This document shows positions 1 to 18,000 of a DNA stretch of 64,000 bases, in pieces. The stretch comes from Vitrella brassicaformis CCMP3155 (Eukaryota > Protista > Chromerida). A program made the position numbers and the translations under genes. The notes under the pieces are model-generated. The model did not search any database and was not told where the DNA came from. It saw only the letters and a list, made by a program, of their open reading frames with translations. Location: NCBI GenBank assembly GCA_001179505.1, contig CDMY01000283.1, positions 1 through 64,000 on the forward strand. Direction: 5' to 3'. Position 1 is the stretch's first letter. Every line of letters begins with the position of its first letter.

Positions 1-96
1 AGAGGAGAAGACAAGAAAAGACAAGGAAAGCATTCTGAGGAGACACGATCTTATCAGCCATCACCGAAGTGAGATCTGTGTTGACCACCCTTCATG

Positions 97-162
97 ATGC
101 CATACATGGACAGAAATAACTTTGACTAATGCCATACATGGACAGAAATAACTTTGACTAAT
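97..162. repeat. 32-bp direct tandem duplication (ATGCCATACATGGACAGAAATAACTTTGACTA x2)
   Basis: Exact copies at 97-128 and 129-160, plus 2 nt of a third. Confidence 0.95.
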
Positions 163-444
163 TGGCCAGTCCATCGGTCTTATTAAAGTAAAAGCACTCT
201 TACTCTGGGACTTACCGCCCAGCAGATCCACTATTGAGCTAACTGCAGGAAAGGTCCTCACCGGCCTTTTCGCACACCATCAAGCCGCCTTCGAGGAATA
301 ATTTCCACCTCTGCGAGCTTAGCCGGGGAGGAACGAAGCTCGCACATTTGACGGAGCTCCTGCGCGACCTCGACGGATGCGTTTGGCATGTGTAGGATGA
401 GAATGGCGTTCTAGCCGCTTTCTCTTCTTGATCTATGCAAGATC

Positions 445-1776
445 ATGGGTGGAAGCTCTGACCCGTCGACGGCTCCCATCCAGGCTTGTGACAGTGGAGC
501 AGCCTTGCAGATCCCGCTGAGCTTCGAGTGTACCGCCAGCGTCACCAAAGACGGCACCGCAAACACGTCTGAGGTACCTCCACCACAGACACGGCATGCT
601 GTTCATCGATGTGATGCTGGTTGTGTCATGCCGTGGCTGCAGACCAGCTTGTTTGGCTTGCCCATTGAGCGAGGATGGCCCCGCGACAACCAGACGCCCG
701 AGGAAACGGCGGCAGTGATGGCTCAGCGTGTGGCCTCACACTACCTCAGGTGGCTTGCGGAGGGTCCAACTATCTACTGGCCCGTGCCCATCAGCCAACC
801 CAGCAAATGGACGGTAGGCACACAGATGGTCGCCATGCGTCATCCTTGTGTCTGTCTGTCTGTCTGTCTGTCCGCCCACTGCTGTGAGCTGCGTGCAGCC
901 CCTGTACACCCTGCGGTTCTTCTCTGTGCTTGAGGAGCCACCCGCCCCTCCCCCGCTGACTGCCTTCGGCCCCCGCACCAGCCTGGTGCTGCCCTTCCCC
1001 TTCATATCGTCCATCCCCCCGCTACGGCTGCTCACACTGGGCGCGCCATCACTCACTCATGGCCAGCGGAGTAGTGAGGTGGCCATGCCCATCCTCGGCG
1101 GCATGATGGGCGGCCGACTCGTGTACAGAGAGGGCGGGGGTGTGGGCAGTGTGACCAACGGGCGGATGGTGTTCGGCTGTGGCTTTGTGGAGAGCAGGTG
1201 GTTTCGGCGAAGGGAGAGCGCGGGGCAGATTGCCATTGAGGATGGCGATGACAAGAGGGCAGAGGACCAGAAGGGCGGGGATGGGGGAGGCGGGCTGATC
1301 CCGATGCCCATCCCTGCTGATGGAGAGCCCACACCACCAGAAGAGGAGGAGACCCCACAAAGGGTCAGTGAGTGCGCAAAAACCAACCACACTCATCCAC
1401 AGATCCTTCACAGATGTATCTCCATTCTCTCTATATTATGTTATGCCTATCAGAGGAGGGCCTTGGCGTCCCAGAAAGGGATGGAGGTTGGTTCGTTCGA
1501 GCTGGAGACCCGGCTTGAGGGCTACCAGTCACCCCTGGTCAAGCTGGGCGGCGGGATCGGTGTGGATTGGCTCAAGGCCATCTACGAGAGGACACAGCTG
1601 CCGCTGCACCAACGAATGCTGCGCAAGTTCCACAGGTACGCGAGGCATTCGTCGAATGGCAGCCACCGTGTGTGTATGTGTATCTGTGTATGTGTGTATG
1701 CAGGTATGTCCATGACACCTTGCCCGTGAACTTCGTCGCGCGTCTGAAGGGCCCCCCACCATTTGACCTGTATTGA
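445..1776 (+). CDS. Hypothetical protein, about 5 exons
   Basis: ORF-track segments 445.., 848.. and 1567.. join through GT-AG introns (MGGSSDPSTAP...TSE|TSLFGLPIERGW...KWT|PLYTLRFF...PQR|RRALASQKG...RKFHR|YVHDTLPVNFVARLKGPPPFDLY*). No family recognised. Confidence 0.7.
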
Positions 1777-1962
1777 TCCGTCCGTGATTTGTGTCAATCG
1801 CAGTGTGTGCCAGTAGACGTCTGTGTATGTTATGTACATGTGTAGAGACCTATAGTGTGTGTGTATTGGTTGATGCGGACGCTAGATTGGGCCCTTACAT
1901 GGACGCTCCTTTATCCATCCCACTGTGGCGCTGCAAGAACGAGTAAACGCGTCTCTCTCTGT

Positions 1963-2668
1963 CTACACAACGGGCCGATACCTAGGCAAGTGCCGCACAT
2001 AGCGGGCGTTGTCAGTCTGGTTGGCAGCCAGCGACCTGCCGTTGCCACTGCTCCGATCCCGATTGTTGTGGTGCGACAGCGGGTTCTTGACGTTGTAATA
2101 GTAAAGCCGCTCAGGTATGCACCGAAACTTGCCGCCAGACAGCTCAAGCAACGGGTACATCAAGGCGAAATCAGACGCCGACCTGAGCCACTTGCCGCTC
2201 CTGTCCTTCATGTGGGTCAGATTGACGTGCGGCACAAGACCGAACCTGAAGGTCTTGAGGTGGCTGAAGGTCCACTCGATGTCTCGGTAGCTGTTTGTAG
2301 CGGCCACGTGTGTCCAGTTGTGTGCGGAGCAGTTGCAGCAGCCTATGGGGTCCCAGTGAGAGATGTAGCTCCCGAAGGTGAGGTGGATGTCGTCGCTGGC
2401 GTAGTAGGCCGCCACCCGACGCAGCACATCATCCCCCCACAGAAAATCATCGCCGTCGAGCCACACTGCACCCATCCATCCATCCATCCAATGGTCATCT
2501 TCGGGTGTGCTCGCCTACCGACGATGTCGTCGTTGTGTGGCCGCAGGCACTCCATCCCGGTGAATGTCGAGTACAGCAGCCCCCGATTAGTGGACTGGTA
2601 CCGCCAGTAGAACCTCGAGTCAGAGCGGAAAATGGACCGCAGCTGCTTCACCTGATGCACCACATCTG

Positions 2669-2703
<35 letters not shown>

Positions 2704-3334
2704 GAATACTCCATCAATGCAGTTTCCCTGGTCCGTGTATGTCTGTACCTGGGTCGCTGGCGTCATCGACAATACACGCGGTCCAGTTGGTGTGTGTCTG
2801 GTGCATGAGAGTGCGGAGGCAAAGATGCAGCAGCTCTGGCTGGTTGTAGTGGGCTATCACCACACGGAAGCGGACCGACGACAGCGCATCGGCTGATGGG
2901 ATGGACTGCCGCAGCCATGCCGATGCCAAGAAGTACAAAAGCCGCGACAAGCTCCGAGTCTCCTCCTGTTCATGGCGAGGGCGGTTCCTGGCGCGTCGAA
3001 GGTGTGGGCTGGTATGGAGACTCTCCCCCTCTCCATCTATGAGTGGCCCCATGATCTTCAGGACTTCCTCGAGCCGCTTTCTCGTTTGCGTGCCGTCGTA
3101 GGGCAGACAGAAGGAAGAGGTAGAGTTGCAACCGTCCATGGTGGCCATGAGCTCATCCAGCGTGTGTATGTGGCGACTGGCATCCCCTCCGTGGAGGGAT
3201 CTCCGTCGATGTGGGAGGACCACAGGATGTCGCAGGGGTGGCAGGAGGCGCGAATGCAGAAAGATCGTGGTGATGATGACCACCACAATGGCCTGGGCGA
3301 CCAGAAACAGCAGAAAACCATGGCTGACCTTCAT
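1963..3334 (-). CDS. Glycosyltransferase family 2 (GT-A fold), type II membrane protein, 3 exons
   Basis: N-terminal TM anchor (MKVSHGFLLFLVAQAIVVVIITTIFL). GT2 motifs VVIAHYN...QTHTNW...IVDDAS, the DxD-like WLDGDD, and the C-terminal SHLKTF...DFALMYPLLELSG...LYYYNVKNP. Confidence 0.9.
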
Positions 3335-3390
3335 CAAGGTTTTTACATCGTCCTGTAAACAAACAGCTATGGTCTCGCGCTCTTTAAGGC

Positions 3391-6151
3391 ATGTCTAGCG
3401 GTTCAGGTGGTTCTCAGCAGAGCGGTCTGCCCCCCAGCCCGTCAGCAGCGAGTGCCATCTCCTCACCCAAGGCAGCATCCCGCGGCCGGCTCTCCCTCGC
3501 CGACCGCTCCCCACTCGCCCGGGGGCATACGACTGCCGGTAGAACAGAATCCAGTACAGTACGGGGAGATGGCCGCACAGCCACGGGGTCTTCCTCGGCC
3601 GCTGCTGCTGCTGCTGCGCCCGATGTGGGTGCTGCCAGTGCTGCGGGCATTGCAAGAGGACTTGCACCGGAGGACAGGGAGAGGGCTGAGAGGATCATGA
3701 AGCGACTGCAGGTACAAATGAGGACGCGTCGAGGGATGGATGGATGGATGGATGGATGGATGGATCTGTTGTTGTTGGGACTCGTTCTTGCTGCAGGAGC
3801 AGCAGGCGGCTGTGGCTCAGAGCCGCAGTGCGCAGCACATCATCCGGAGCGACTCTGAGCAGCGGCGGGGTGGGCGTGGGAATGATGTCTTTCACACCCC
3901 TCGTGGGGATGATGAGGATGAGGAGCCGTCGCAGTTCGCCCGTGTCAGGTTCCGCGACAGGACGAGCTACTTCTGCGACAGGAGTGCCATCCATCGCATG
4001 ACCATCTTCCTCGCATTCGCACTCGCCACCGTGGCCCTGCTGCACATGAAGGACTCATTCGGCTATGATATTCGCTGGTGCGTGCAGCGGGAGGGGCGGG
4101 GGGGAGAGGAGAGAGGTGGCGTGCACATGGCGTGTTGTGTGTCGTGGGTTGGTTGTCAGGGACCATTTGGTGCTGCTGTGGGCCGTCAACCGAGTGGTGG
4201 AGTACATCGAGATCACCGCCATGACCGCCCGAACCTTCTGGCTGTACACCTCTCACGGCCGCGACCCACCTGGCCCGCCACACGCACACTCCCAGCTGGC
4301 GCTGGGCAGACTGCTGATCCTGTTTCTGGAGCTGACGACGGCCGCCATGCTGGTGGTGGAGATACAGACACAGAAGTTCGGCAGCTATGTCATGTGCGGC
4401 TATGGGTGGCTGAACGGGTACGGGGAAGAGTGTGGGAGAATGGGGCCCACGCTGCTGGCTTTGCCTTTCTTTGGGTGGGTCTTTGTATGCAGTCGTCTTG
4501 TTAATGCGGCGCTGCACATCAACGTGATGAGTCAGTGTAAGTTCTACATCCCCGACACGCACCACCTCATCACAGCGATAGTCGTATGGATCGGGTAAGC
4601 TATTACATCAATACACACACACACACACACACACACACATGAACACACGGCTGCACTGGGGGATGGACGTCTGTCTGTGTGCATTTGCAGAGTGGCGGCG
4701 GCGATGAAGCTCGATGGTTGGCGCATCAGCTGGGTGGTCGTACTCGTGTAAGCCACACACCTTCCCACCCCTTCCCACCCCAAGCACAGGGCAACCCAGT
4801 GACATCCTCCCATTCCTTGTCTGCCTGCCTCAATTGCAGTTGGCAGAACTTCGCTGTCGGCGCATTTCTCGGCGAAGAACTGCTGCACGTAAGCAGCCAG
4901 CCATCACACACATCAACACACACGCGACCCCATCCACCTCTGCTCTTAACGGGCGCATTCAGATCTTGCAAGCCAAGTTGAGTCGGTTCAGCGGCGCGCC
5001 GGACAGCACGCCCGAACAGGCCAAGCAGCTGTTCTTCTCGCGGCTGTGTGTGGTGCTGGAGGAGCTGCCGTGGCTGGTGCTCATTGTGGCGGCCCTGTGG
5101 TGGCACATCATGCTGCTCATGTGGCTGCAGTTCCAGACCAACTTCTACAGGCTGGCCTATATGGCTTACCCCGTGTTGGGCTTCTTTTTCCTGGCGTTTG
5201 CCTACCAGTGCCTCGTCTACCGGTGCGGCGGCAAAGACACAGACAGAGACACAGCAATGAATGCGTGTGTGTGTCAGGATGCTCGGCCCCCGGGCGCCAG
5301 AGTACCTGACAAGAGGGCATTGAGACACTGTAGTCAATTGTGGACATGTCTCTCTCTCCCTCCCTCTCTCTCTGTGTATGTGTCTGTGTGTGTCTCCCAG
5401 CTGGACGGCCTTCGGCGTAAACCCTCGACGATTCCTCCCCTCCTTATACATCCGACCCAGATATGTCAAAGTGAGCAGCAGAAAGCCACAAATGGATCCT
5501 CTGCCACGAAATACATGTCACGTCTCTCTTGGCTATCTATCATTCAGAAGCACAACGCCTGTTACCTGAGGTACAGCGGCCCCATCCCCCGCCCCATGGC
5601 AGCAGTGGGCGACATCGAGAGCCAGACCCTGCCGCTGCCGGCCGGCAGGGAGGAGGAAGGGGCCGTGTCTAAGTCTGAAAGCCAAATATCGGAATCAGGT
5701 CCGGTGGGCGCGCAGCGACGGGAGTGGAGATGACCACCAAAGGATGTGTGTGTGTGTTGTGTCTCGGGCAGAGAATGGCGAGGACGCGTGTATCGTTTGT
5801 CGCGCGGCCAGGGCCAACGGGATCATAATGGAGTGCGGACACTCCGCATGTACGCCGGCCGGCCGATGGGACACACACGGGGGCTGCAGGCATCGTTTTT
5901 GTGTATTCGTATGTGTATGTGTATGTGTCAGGCTGCTACACTTGTGCGCGCCAGATATTCATCACTGACCAGAAATGCCATTACTGCAGACAGGTCAGTG
6001 GTGGCCACAATGCATTCATCCCATGCGGCCCTCATCCATCCACTCCACGTGTGTGGTGGTGTGTGTGGTGTCATGTGTGCAGCCGTCAACGTTCTTTCAC
6101 AAGATTGATCTGAATCCCGTGGCCCCCGGCATATACAGAGTCATCAAATAA
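3391..6151 (+). CDS. Multi-pass membrane protein with a C-terminal RING finger (probable E3 ubiquitin ligase)
   Basis: Low-complexity N-terminus and several hydrophobic helices. Spliced RING: CIVCRAARANGIIMECGHS...CYTCARQIFITDQKCHYCRQ. Ends ...PGIYRVIK* (TAA at 6149-6151). Confidence 0.8.
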
Positions 6152-6563
6152 GGCAATGCAGTGCAATGCAATGCGTGTGTGAGTGAGGGCATCCAGCTGT
6201 GTGGCATTGCGTTGCGCCATGTGTAATCAGTCAGTCCATGTGGCGAGTATGTGCACACACATACAGTAAGGAATTCGTTGGGACCTACGGATGGATGGAT
6301 GGACCGTCGGACCAACCAATAGTAGACATGTGGGTCGATGCGTGTGTATGTGTGGGAAAGGCCATTCAAGTGTTGTACAGCCAAAACCTTCGTCCAAAAA
6401 GTCTTTATTCGACTAATCCTGCCTGCCTGCCTGCCTGCGATGCAACACTGGACGCGCTCCATGAGCCAAATGGGGGCGTGGCTCATCAGATGCGTCCACG
6501 TTTCATCTGTCAGCATGCGACGCAGACCTGCATCCACCCATCCATAATAAGTCACACATGTGT

Positions 6564-8209
6564 CTATCCGGCCGCATCGGGTGTCTTGACGCGTATCCAC
6601 AGCTTGCCCTTGGCCACCTCGCCCTTCAGCAGCCTCTTGTACGCCTCGTTCGTCTCAGATATCACCTGAAACACACACACACCGACACAGGTGTCAACAC
6701 ACAACGCCCACCACGCACACGCGTCATCAATGGCCCGTGTGCGTGGCGCGTGTGTCATTCCGACCTTCTCCGCTGCAGTTTTGTTGATGGCCTGTCCGTC
6801 GTGGCCGAAGGAGTTGAGGGGCTTCCCATCAGGCACCTTGTACCACCTGCAATTGACGTGACGCAGAGAGAGGCATGGTCAAGTACCGTGTACACACGCA
6901 CATACGATTGAGGCCTATGTGGCTCTTTCCCTTCCTCCATCGTGTGTGCGTGCGTGTGTGTGTGAGTGGGGGCGTGTACCTGAACCACTCTCGTATGCCG
7001 GCTATGGTGTGTGGGTAGAACTTCTCGAGATCCTCGAGGGAGTCGATCGAGTCGAAGTGGGGGTCGCTCACCTGACAAACCACACCATGCCCACACCCGC
7101 ACGCCACACACACGTACACACACATGTTGGTGGGGATGCACTCAGTCAGTGCACCTTCCTTACCTTGATGGCGATGATCTTCCAGTCGAGCTCGCCGTCG
7201 TCAATCATGCTCAACGCACCCAGCACCTGTTCAGACACAGACGAATGGATAAACAGATAAGAGCGGTCTGCTCTATGATTCCTCCCGTCGTGTGTGTGTG
7301 TGTGTGTGTGCGCGCGTGTTGGCCTACCTTGACGGGCGTGACGGATCCCATCTCGAGGGGCTCCTGGCCCACTTCCACCACATCCAAAGGGTCGTTGTCG
7401 CCGAACGACTCATCCACCTGAACATCACATCCGTCAGTCACTCCATGTGTGTCGGGGTCTATGTGACTGTCAGTCAGAGAGCTGTAGACTGACTGACTGA
7501 CCTCTTTGCCCCCCCTCTCGTTTGGGTCTTCCCATGTCTGTGGGAAGCAACCGTAGTTCCAAAAGATCGGGCCGTGGTAGTATCGCAACTTCCTGTATGC
7601 CCGGGCAACACACACGATGGCCTCACTATCTGCGTGTGTGTGTGTGTGTGGCCCACACACAACCCACTGACTGACCCCTTCTTGATGTCCTGTTTGATGG
7701 GGTTGAATTCGTCCTTGGTGTCGACCTCCATCTTGGCCTTAGACAGACGGGGAATCTCCGTGATGAAGTGATACAACCCCTTGCCGTCTGCATGACACAA
7801 TCCCCCACACACAGACAAACAATGGTGCACCCTCTCTCTCTCTCACCCCTCTATATGTGTGTGGACCACCCTACCGACCTGCCTGTAGCGGCACATCGTG
7901 CCACGGCGACACCTTCCTCCCCTCCTCATCCTTGAACACCACCCGAAACTCCTCCGTGTCCGTCTGACCCACTACCATCGACGACGGCAGCGCCGCCGCC
8001 ACAGTGCTGAAAGGCCGATGGTAGTAGCTATGACCATGACTATGGTGGCCAATGTTGGCGCCCACGGTGCTGGGACTGCTTGGGCTGATGGGCGCCGCAA
8101 AGGCCGTCAGAGGGCGGGCATGCGATAAGAGAGATCCGGCGTATCTGCTGCCGCCATGTGGGAAGACGGTGAAGCAGCAGAACAGGAGGGGCCTGGACAG
8201 GGTGCGCAT
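6564..8209 (-). CDS. PPA: Family I soluble inorganic pyrophosphatase with an N-terminal organellar targeting leader
   Basis: Motifs SPWHDVPL, EIPRLSKAKMEVDTKDEFNPIKQDIKKG, NYGCFPQTWEDP, GDNDPLDVVEVG, DDGELDWKIIAI, EWFRWYKVPDGKPLN. About 8 exons. First in-frame ATG at 8209. Confidence 0.95.
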
Positions 8210-8511
8210 GGCTGCGATGAGGCCGGCGGCTGCGGCGACCAGCGCGATGGCGGTGAGGAGTGCGGCCTTGGCACGCAGGGTGGATGTCAGTGGTAGATCA
8301 TTGAGATTTCGGGACCGGTGGGCCTCGGCAAGCCGCTCAATGGACCGTATCAGCGATGTGGCGCGTTCCTTTGGTTTTTTTGTCGATCTGTTTGGCGAGC
8401 TTTTTTTCACTTTTGGGATCCTTGTGAGCGGCCAGGCCCACGGCAGTGCAGATCTGGTTGGATCTTAGTCGGAGACGCCGCAGCTGATCAGGCCAGGCGC
8501 AGGCAAGCAGT

Positions 8512-13229
<4,718 letters not shown>

Positions 13230-14392
13230 TTGTGGCCGGGCTGTCGTGCTGTGTCAGTGGGATTGTTTATTTGGCTGTCTCGTTTTGTGTTCCATTGTGT
13301 GTGTATGTTTTATACGTATGACGGACGCTTGTGTGTGAGAGGTGGGGTGGGGTGGGGAGCGACGCGAGGGGGGTGGGGGGCGAGGGAGGGCTATAGGGGT
13401 ACCTACCTACAGCAGTAGTAGTCTTTTTCTGGTCAATCGATTGGTGCATGTTTGGGTGCAGGCGGTGAGCTATGCATATGATGTTGTTTGTTTTATATCG
13501 CTAGTGCCTCTCTGTCTGTCTGTCTGTCTTGGTTTTGACAAGTGAGTCGCCGGGAGAGCGGAAGAAAGTGCTGCCGTATTTTGTGAGCAGCCAAGTACTC
13601 ATGGGGCTGCCTGTCTGTCTGTCTGTCTTACGCACATGACGTCATTTTTTACTTATACAGCAGTCGGTAGCTCAGTCGGTGGCTCGGTGGATGGTGAGTA
13701 CAGCCAGCCATGAAAGTGCCTGTGAGCGTGTGCAGAGGCACCGCACCGCTCCCCACCCCAACTTTAGTTAAGGTGTCCAGAGAAGTGAAGCCCTCCCCAC
13801 TGCGTGTAATTCGTGTATATGTGTGTGTCTGTGTATGTGTATGTGTAGGTGTGTCTGAGAACAACAGAGAGAGACGCCGGTCAGTCAGTCAGTCAGTCCT
13901 CCTTTCTTGTCTGCCAGCTGCTGTCTGCCACCTGAGGAATGTGCCTCCCGCGTATCTGTCAGTTTTTCATAGTTCCTTTTCTTGCTGCCTGTCTGTCTGG
14001 CTGTCTGCTATTCTACGTGGTGGCGGTTTGCTGTCCATGCTGGATGGATGATGTGTAATGCCATGCGTTGCTACAGACGTGATAAACGTCTTGCGTGCCG
14101 TGCGTGCGTGTGTGTGTAGGTGTGTGTGAGTGGATGGCTACATGGAAGAGAGAGGCGGAGAGAGTGCAGATTCCCGCCACTGCTGCCAGTGAGCGCCGTG
14201 TTTGTTTTCTGCCATCATTTTGCCGTGCTGCCGCCCGCCTCTCGTCGCTCTCGTCTCTTTGAGTCGTTCTCGTCGACGGTCATCTGAACGGAGTGCAGCA
14301 CTCCCCTTCGGACGAGCGTCAAGGAGGTCGACAGAAGAGGCGAGAGGAACAGAGAGAGGCGGCAAGTGGAGAGGATCAGTCAGCCTGACAGG

Positions 14393-14432
14393 CAGCCAGC
14401 CTGACAGAGTATCAGCCAGCCTGACAGAGTAT
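14393..14432. repeat. 20-bp tandem repeat (CAGCCAGCCTGACAGAGTAT x2)
   Basis: Exact copies at 14393-14412 and 14413-14432, with a partial copy just upstream. Confidence 0.9.
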
Positions 14433-15006
14433 CGTTTTGTCTTTGTTGTGTGCTCTCGTCTCTGCCGGGTCTTCCTTTCCCTCCAGTTGCTTCGTGAGCT
14501 CCGTTTCGTTACGCGCAGGCGAAAGGAGCTCCTCAAGGACTCGGTGGCAAGGATGGATGACTCGGAACGGACACGTCGCGGTACGATTGTTTGATTGCTG
14601 CATAAATGAGCCGACGGGAATGGGTGAGCTATCTTATCAATGTGTCGATGGTCCATAAGGGTAGGGGAGGGAGGGTATACGTATGGCAGCTGTTTGGTAC
14701 AAGTGTTGCATACCTGCCTGATATATCGGTGGCCTGCCTGCCTGCCTGCCTGCCTGGCTCTTTAATCTAGCAGCCAGCGGTGTTTCTTTACTGTAGGCCG
14801 GGCCGGTACATAGGTCATACAAACATCTGGCCATTGGTTCGTTCGTTCGTGCAGTCAGTAGTGGTAGCCATTACATGGGGGCGGGCCGGCGGGGAGAGAG
14901 TTTTGTTGTTTGCACATCGGAACGGAACGGACCAGTACTAGTGACTTGTTTCAAATCGCACTGACACACCAACAGACAAGCCTGGTGCCTCCCTCCTGAT
15001 GTCGAA

Positions 15007-18000
15007 TCAAACATACCCCCTGGCCACGCTGACATACCCACCCCCTCCCCCTCCCCCACCCACAGCACCAACACCAGCCCCTCTGACAGCACCGGCAGGC
15101 TCAATCCTCGGTGCCCTCGCATACCCCACGCCCGGTGCTCGCCAGACAGTGGATATTATTGGCGATGGGGAACCCCACCCCCATCCGCGTGTCTGTGTTT
15201 GAGGGGCGGCGCTGTACGGCAGCTGCGTGGCAGAGGCAACTGGTGATGGTGAGTGGCTGTGGCTCATCAGCAGTCGTTGCTGTCTTTGCTGCAGTCTGAA
15301 TCCACCGCAGCACTCCTGGCAAGTCATCGTCTCCGCCTCATAGGAGCCGAAGCGCTCGCCTTGCAGATAATCCTTCCCTGCACACACACACACACACACG
15401 TGTTGTGTCTCCCCGTTCATTCTCCTTTGTGCTCTCTTCTTACCTGGTTCGTAGTATACAAGGGGTGCTTCGTCCGTGGTAGCGCCCTGTTGTGACTTGA
15501 GCACATGGATGGGGTTGGTGTTGAAGGCGTCATACGGCAAATAAGAACGGACCTGCACTCACACACGCAGGAGGGAGGCAGAAATGTCTCTCGCTCTGTC
15601 TGTCTCTCTGTCTCTCTGTCTGTCTGTCTGTCTCGCTTTTGTCCAGAAGGGTCACCTCATCGTATACTTCGTCCTTCTCATCTTTGTATAGGGGCACCAG
15701 CCATGGAATCAGCACCTCGAGCAGCAGCCCATACACCTGACACACACACAATGACATGCAGTGAGTTGGGAGGAGGGACGTGACTCCATTTCCCATTCGT
15801 TCCCCTGCGCACTGACCACAGTGTGTGCGGCGATGGCGATGGGGATGTACCACCACTCCCACACCTGTCGCCTCGCACCCCAGTAGACGGGACACGCAGC
15901 CAACACTCCCGTCGGCACCACCCACATTCGCAGCACTGCACGCCCACAAGTTACCATCAGACAAAGACGTACGGTCTTTCCCTCTCCGTGTCAGTCATAC
16001 GCAATGGTGGCCATTGCAATGAAGCCAACTCACCCATATCGTCGACAGCGCTGGTGCTGAAGAACGTCCGCTTCGAATGCCGCAGAAAGAGCCACTTATC
16101 CTACACCAGCACACACATGGATGGGACAGACACCATGACCATATATGGGCCTGGACGCTCTCCACGTACTCACTCACGTACCATCCAGTAGGTGTAGATG
16201 CAGAAGACGATCAGGAAGAGGAAGATGGGCCAGGCCAGGTCGGTGACGAGGAAGAGCATCACCAGACACACGCTGGCGTTGATCACCAGGTCGCCGTACT
16301 TGCATGGCAAGTCAACAATCGGCGGCTCCAGCATCTTCTCCGCCGGACGGGCTGCCATCTACACACACACACACACACACACAGGTGTGGTGTGCGGCTG
16401 TCGGTGTGGATGCGGGCTTGTCTCCCTCCCTCCTCATTTACGTCTCGTTTGCTGTATCGGAGGACCCACCTGCCCACCAGCCATGGGGCCAGGTGTGTCA
16501 CCAGCGGCAAGGCGAGGTAAGGCAGGACGAGTGTGCCCGGGATGAGCAGGCCGAAGGTGATCTCCGCGAAGTGCCCCTCCTCCCCTGTGTGCCGCTGGCC
16601 CAGGAAGGCGTTGTCTCTCACGCGGCCCTCTGCCGCGACGTAGCCCAGATACAGATCGAGAAGCGTGTTGACCTGCAGACAGCCAGGACATTGGACGCTG
16701 TCTCTTGGCATGTGTGTGTCGATGGCTGACCATGACGGTTATGTAGTTGAGCACGAGAATGTACTTGTCGACGGAGTCTTTCCGCTGGAAGCCCACCCAA
16801 TACCCCACACGGAACACGATCTCGCCCATAATGCCGTTGCCTGTTGGGGGAAGGAGAGAATGGGCGGCATGGCGTCCTGACCCACTTACTTACCGACAGC
16901 AATAATGAGGCCGAGGAAGGTGTCTTCCAGAAAGGAGGGGCGCTTCCCGGGCACCTGTGTGAGCGCCGTGTAGTAGAAGGCGTACGGCCCGTAGAATATG
17001 ATGGACCACACGAACACCGAGATGCACATGACGCATATGCCCCAGAAGAAGCGGAGCAGCTGCATTGCAGTGCATTGCAGTGCACAGCACAACGGTCATG
17101 TGATGTGTGTCTCTGCCCATGCCGTCCCGTCCCGTCCCCACTCTCTCACTCACCCTTTCTGGTTTGCCCAAGCCGAAGTTCTCCCACTGGATCATGGTTG
17201 GCTCCATCGGAAAGTCTTTGAGCTGAACACACACACACACACGCCTTTCCTTTCCTCACCCGGCCCCACACACCATCCATCCATCCACCCGTACGTGTAT
17301 CTGGTATTTGCCTCTGAACCGCCACACGGCCAAACGGTCTCTCTCGGCCTCCCTCTCCGCCACCAGCGATCCGTCCAGGTCCTCATCCTCGTCAAACACC
17401 TCCGCCTCCGCGACGGCCGCCTCGGCATCCGTCTCCCTCTCTCTGAGGTCCGCGAAGATGTCAACCGCCCGCCACTTGCTGCTGTCAGTGTGGAAGACCA
17501 CAAAGGCGTAGCCCGATGACTCCACTTGGAGGGCCTTCTCGCGGAGAAGACGGAGCTCCTCAGCTTCGGCGCTGCATTGCATTGGATGGTGGAGACATGG
17601 CGGCCAGGAGATTTTTGCCCTTGTGTGTTGTCTCATGTGGATGCTGACTGACTTGTGTTCTTCGTCTGTGGTTTTGAGCATGAGACGGGAGAGCATTGGG
17701 GAGTAGGTGCCCTGGGAGAGGTCGCGCAGCTCCAGGTGACGGTCCATCAGCCGCTCTATCTGACAGCCAACCCCACACGCACAAATGGACAGGCGCGTCT
17801 GTCTGTCCATCTGGCTGCAGCTCACGATGTCGCCTTCGTTCCACAAATCATATGCAATGGACACGCCCACAATGTCCTGACCCAGCAGCTTCTCGAAGTA
17901 CGTCCGGATCTCCTCCTCATATGTGGCGTCCCGCGGGAACCCCCGGGCGAGAGCAACGTAGTTAGCCAGGGTGTTGTCCTCGTGGTAGAAGCGCCGCTCG

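Noticed and set aside
263-389. Minus-strand exon MPNASVEVAQELRQ...
   Set aside because: No in-frame splice continuation was found, and it overlaps the putative promoter motifs of the gene at 445.
8210-8410. N-terminal extension of the PPase as given in the ORF track (MKKSSPN...)
   Set aside because: It starts at a GTG just after a stop and lies in the bidirectional promoter. The first ATG is at 8209.
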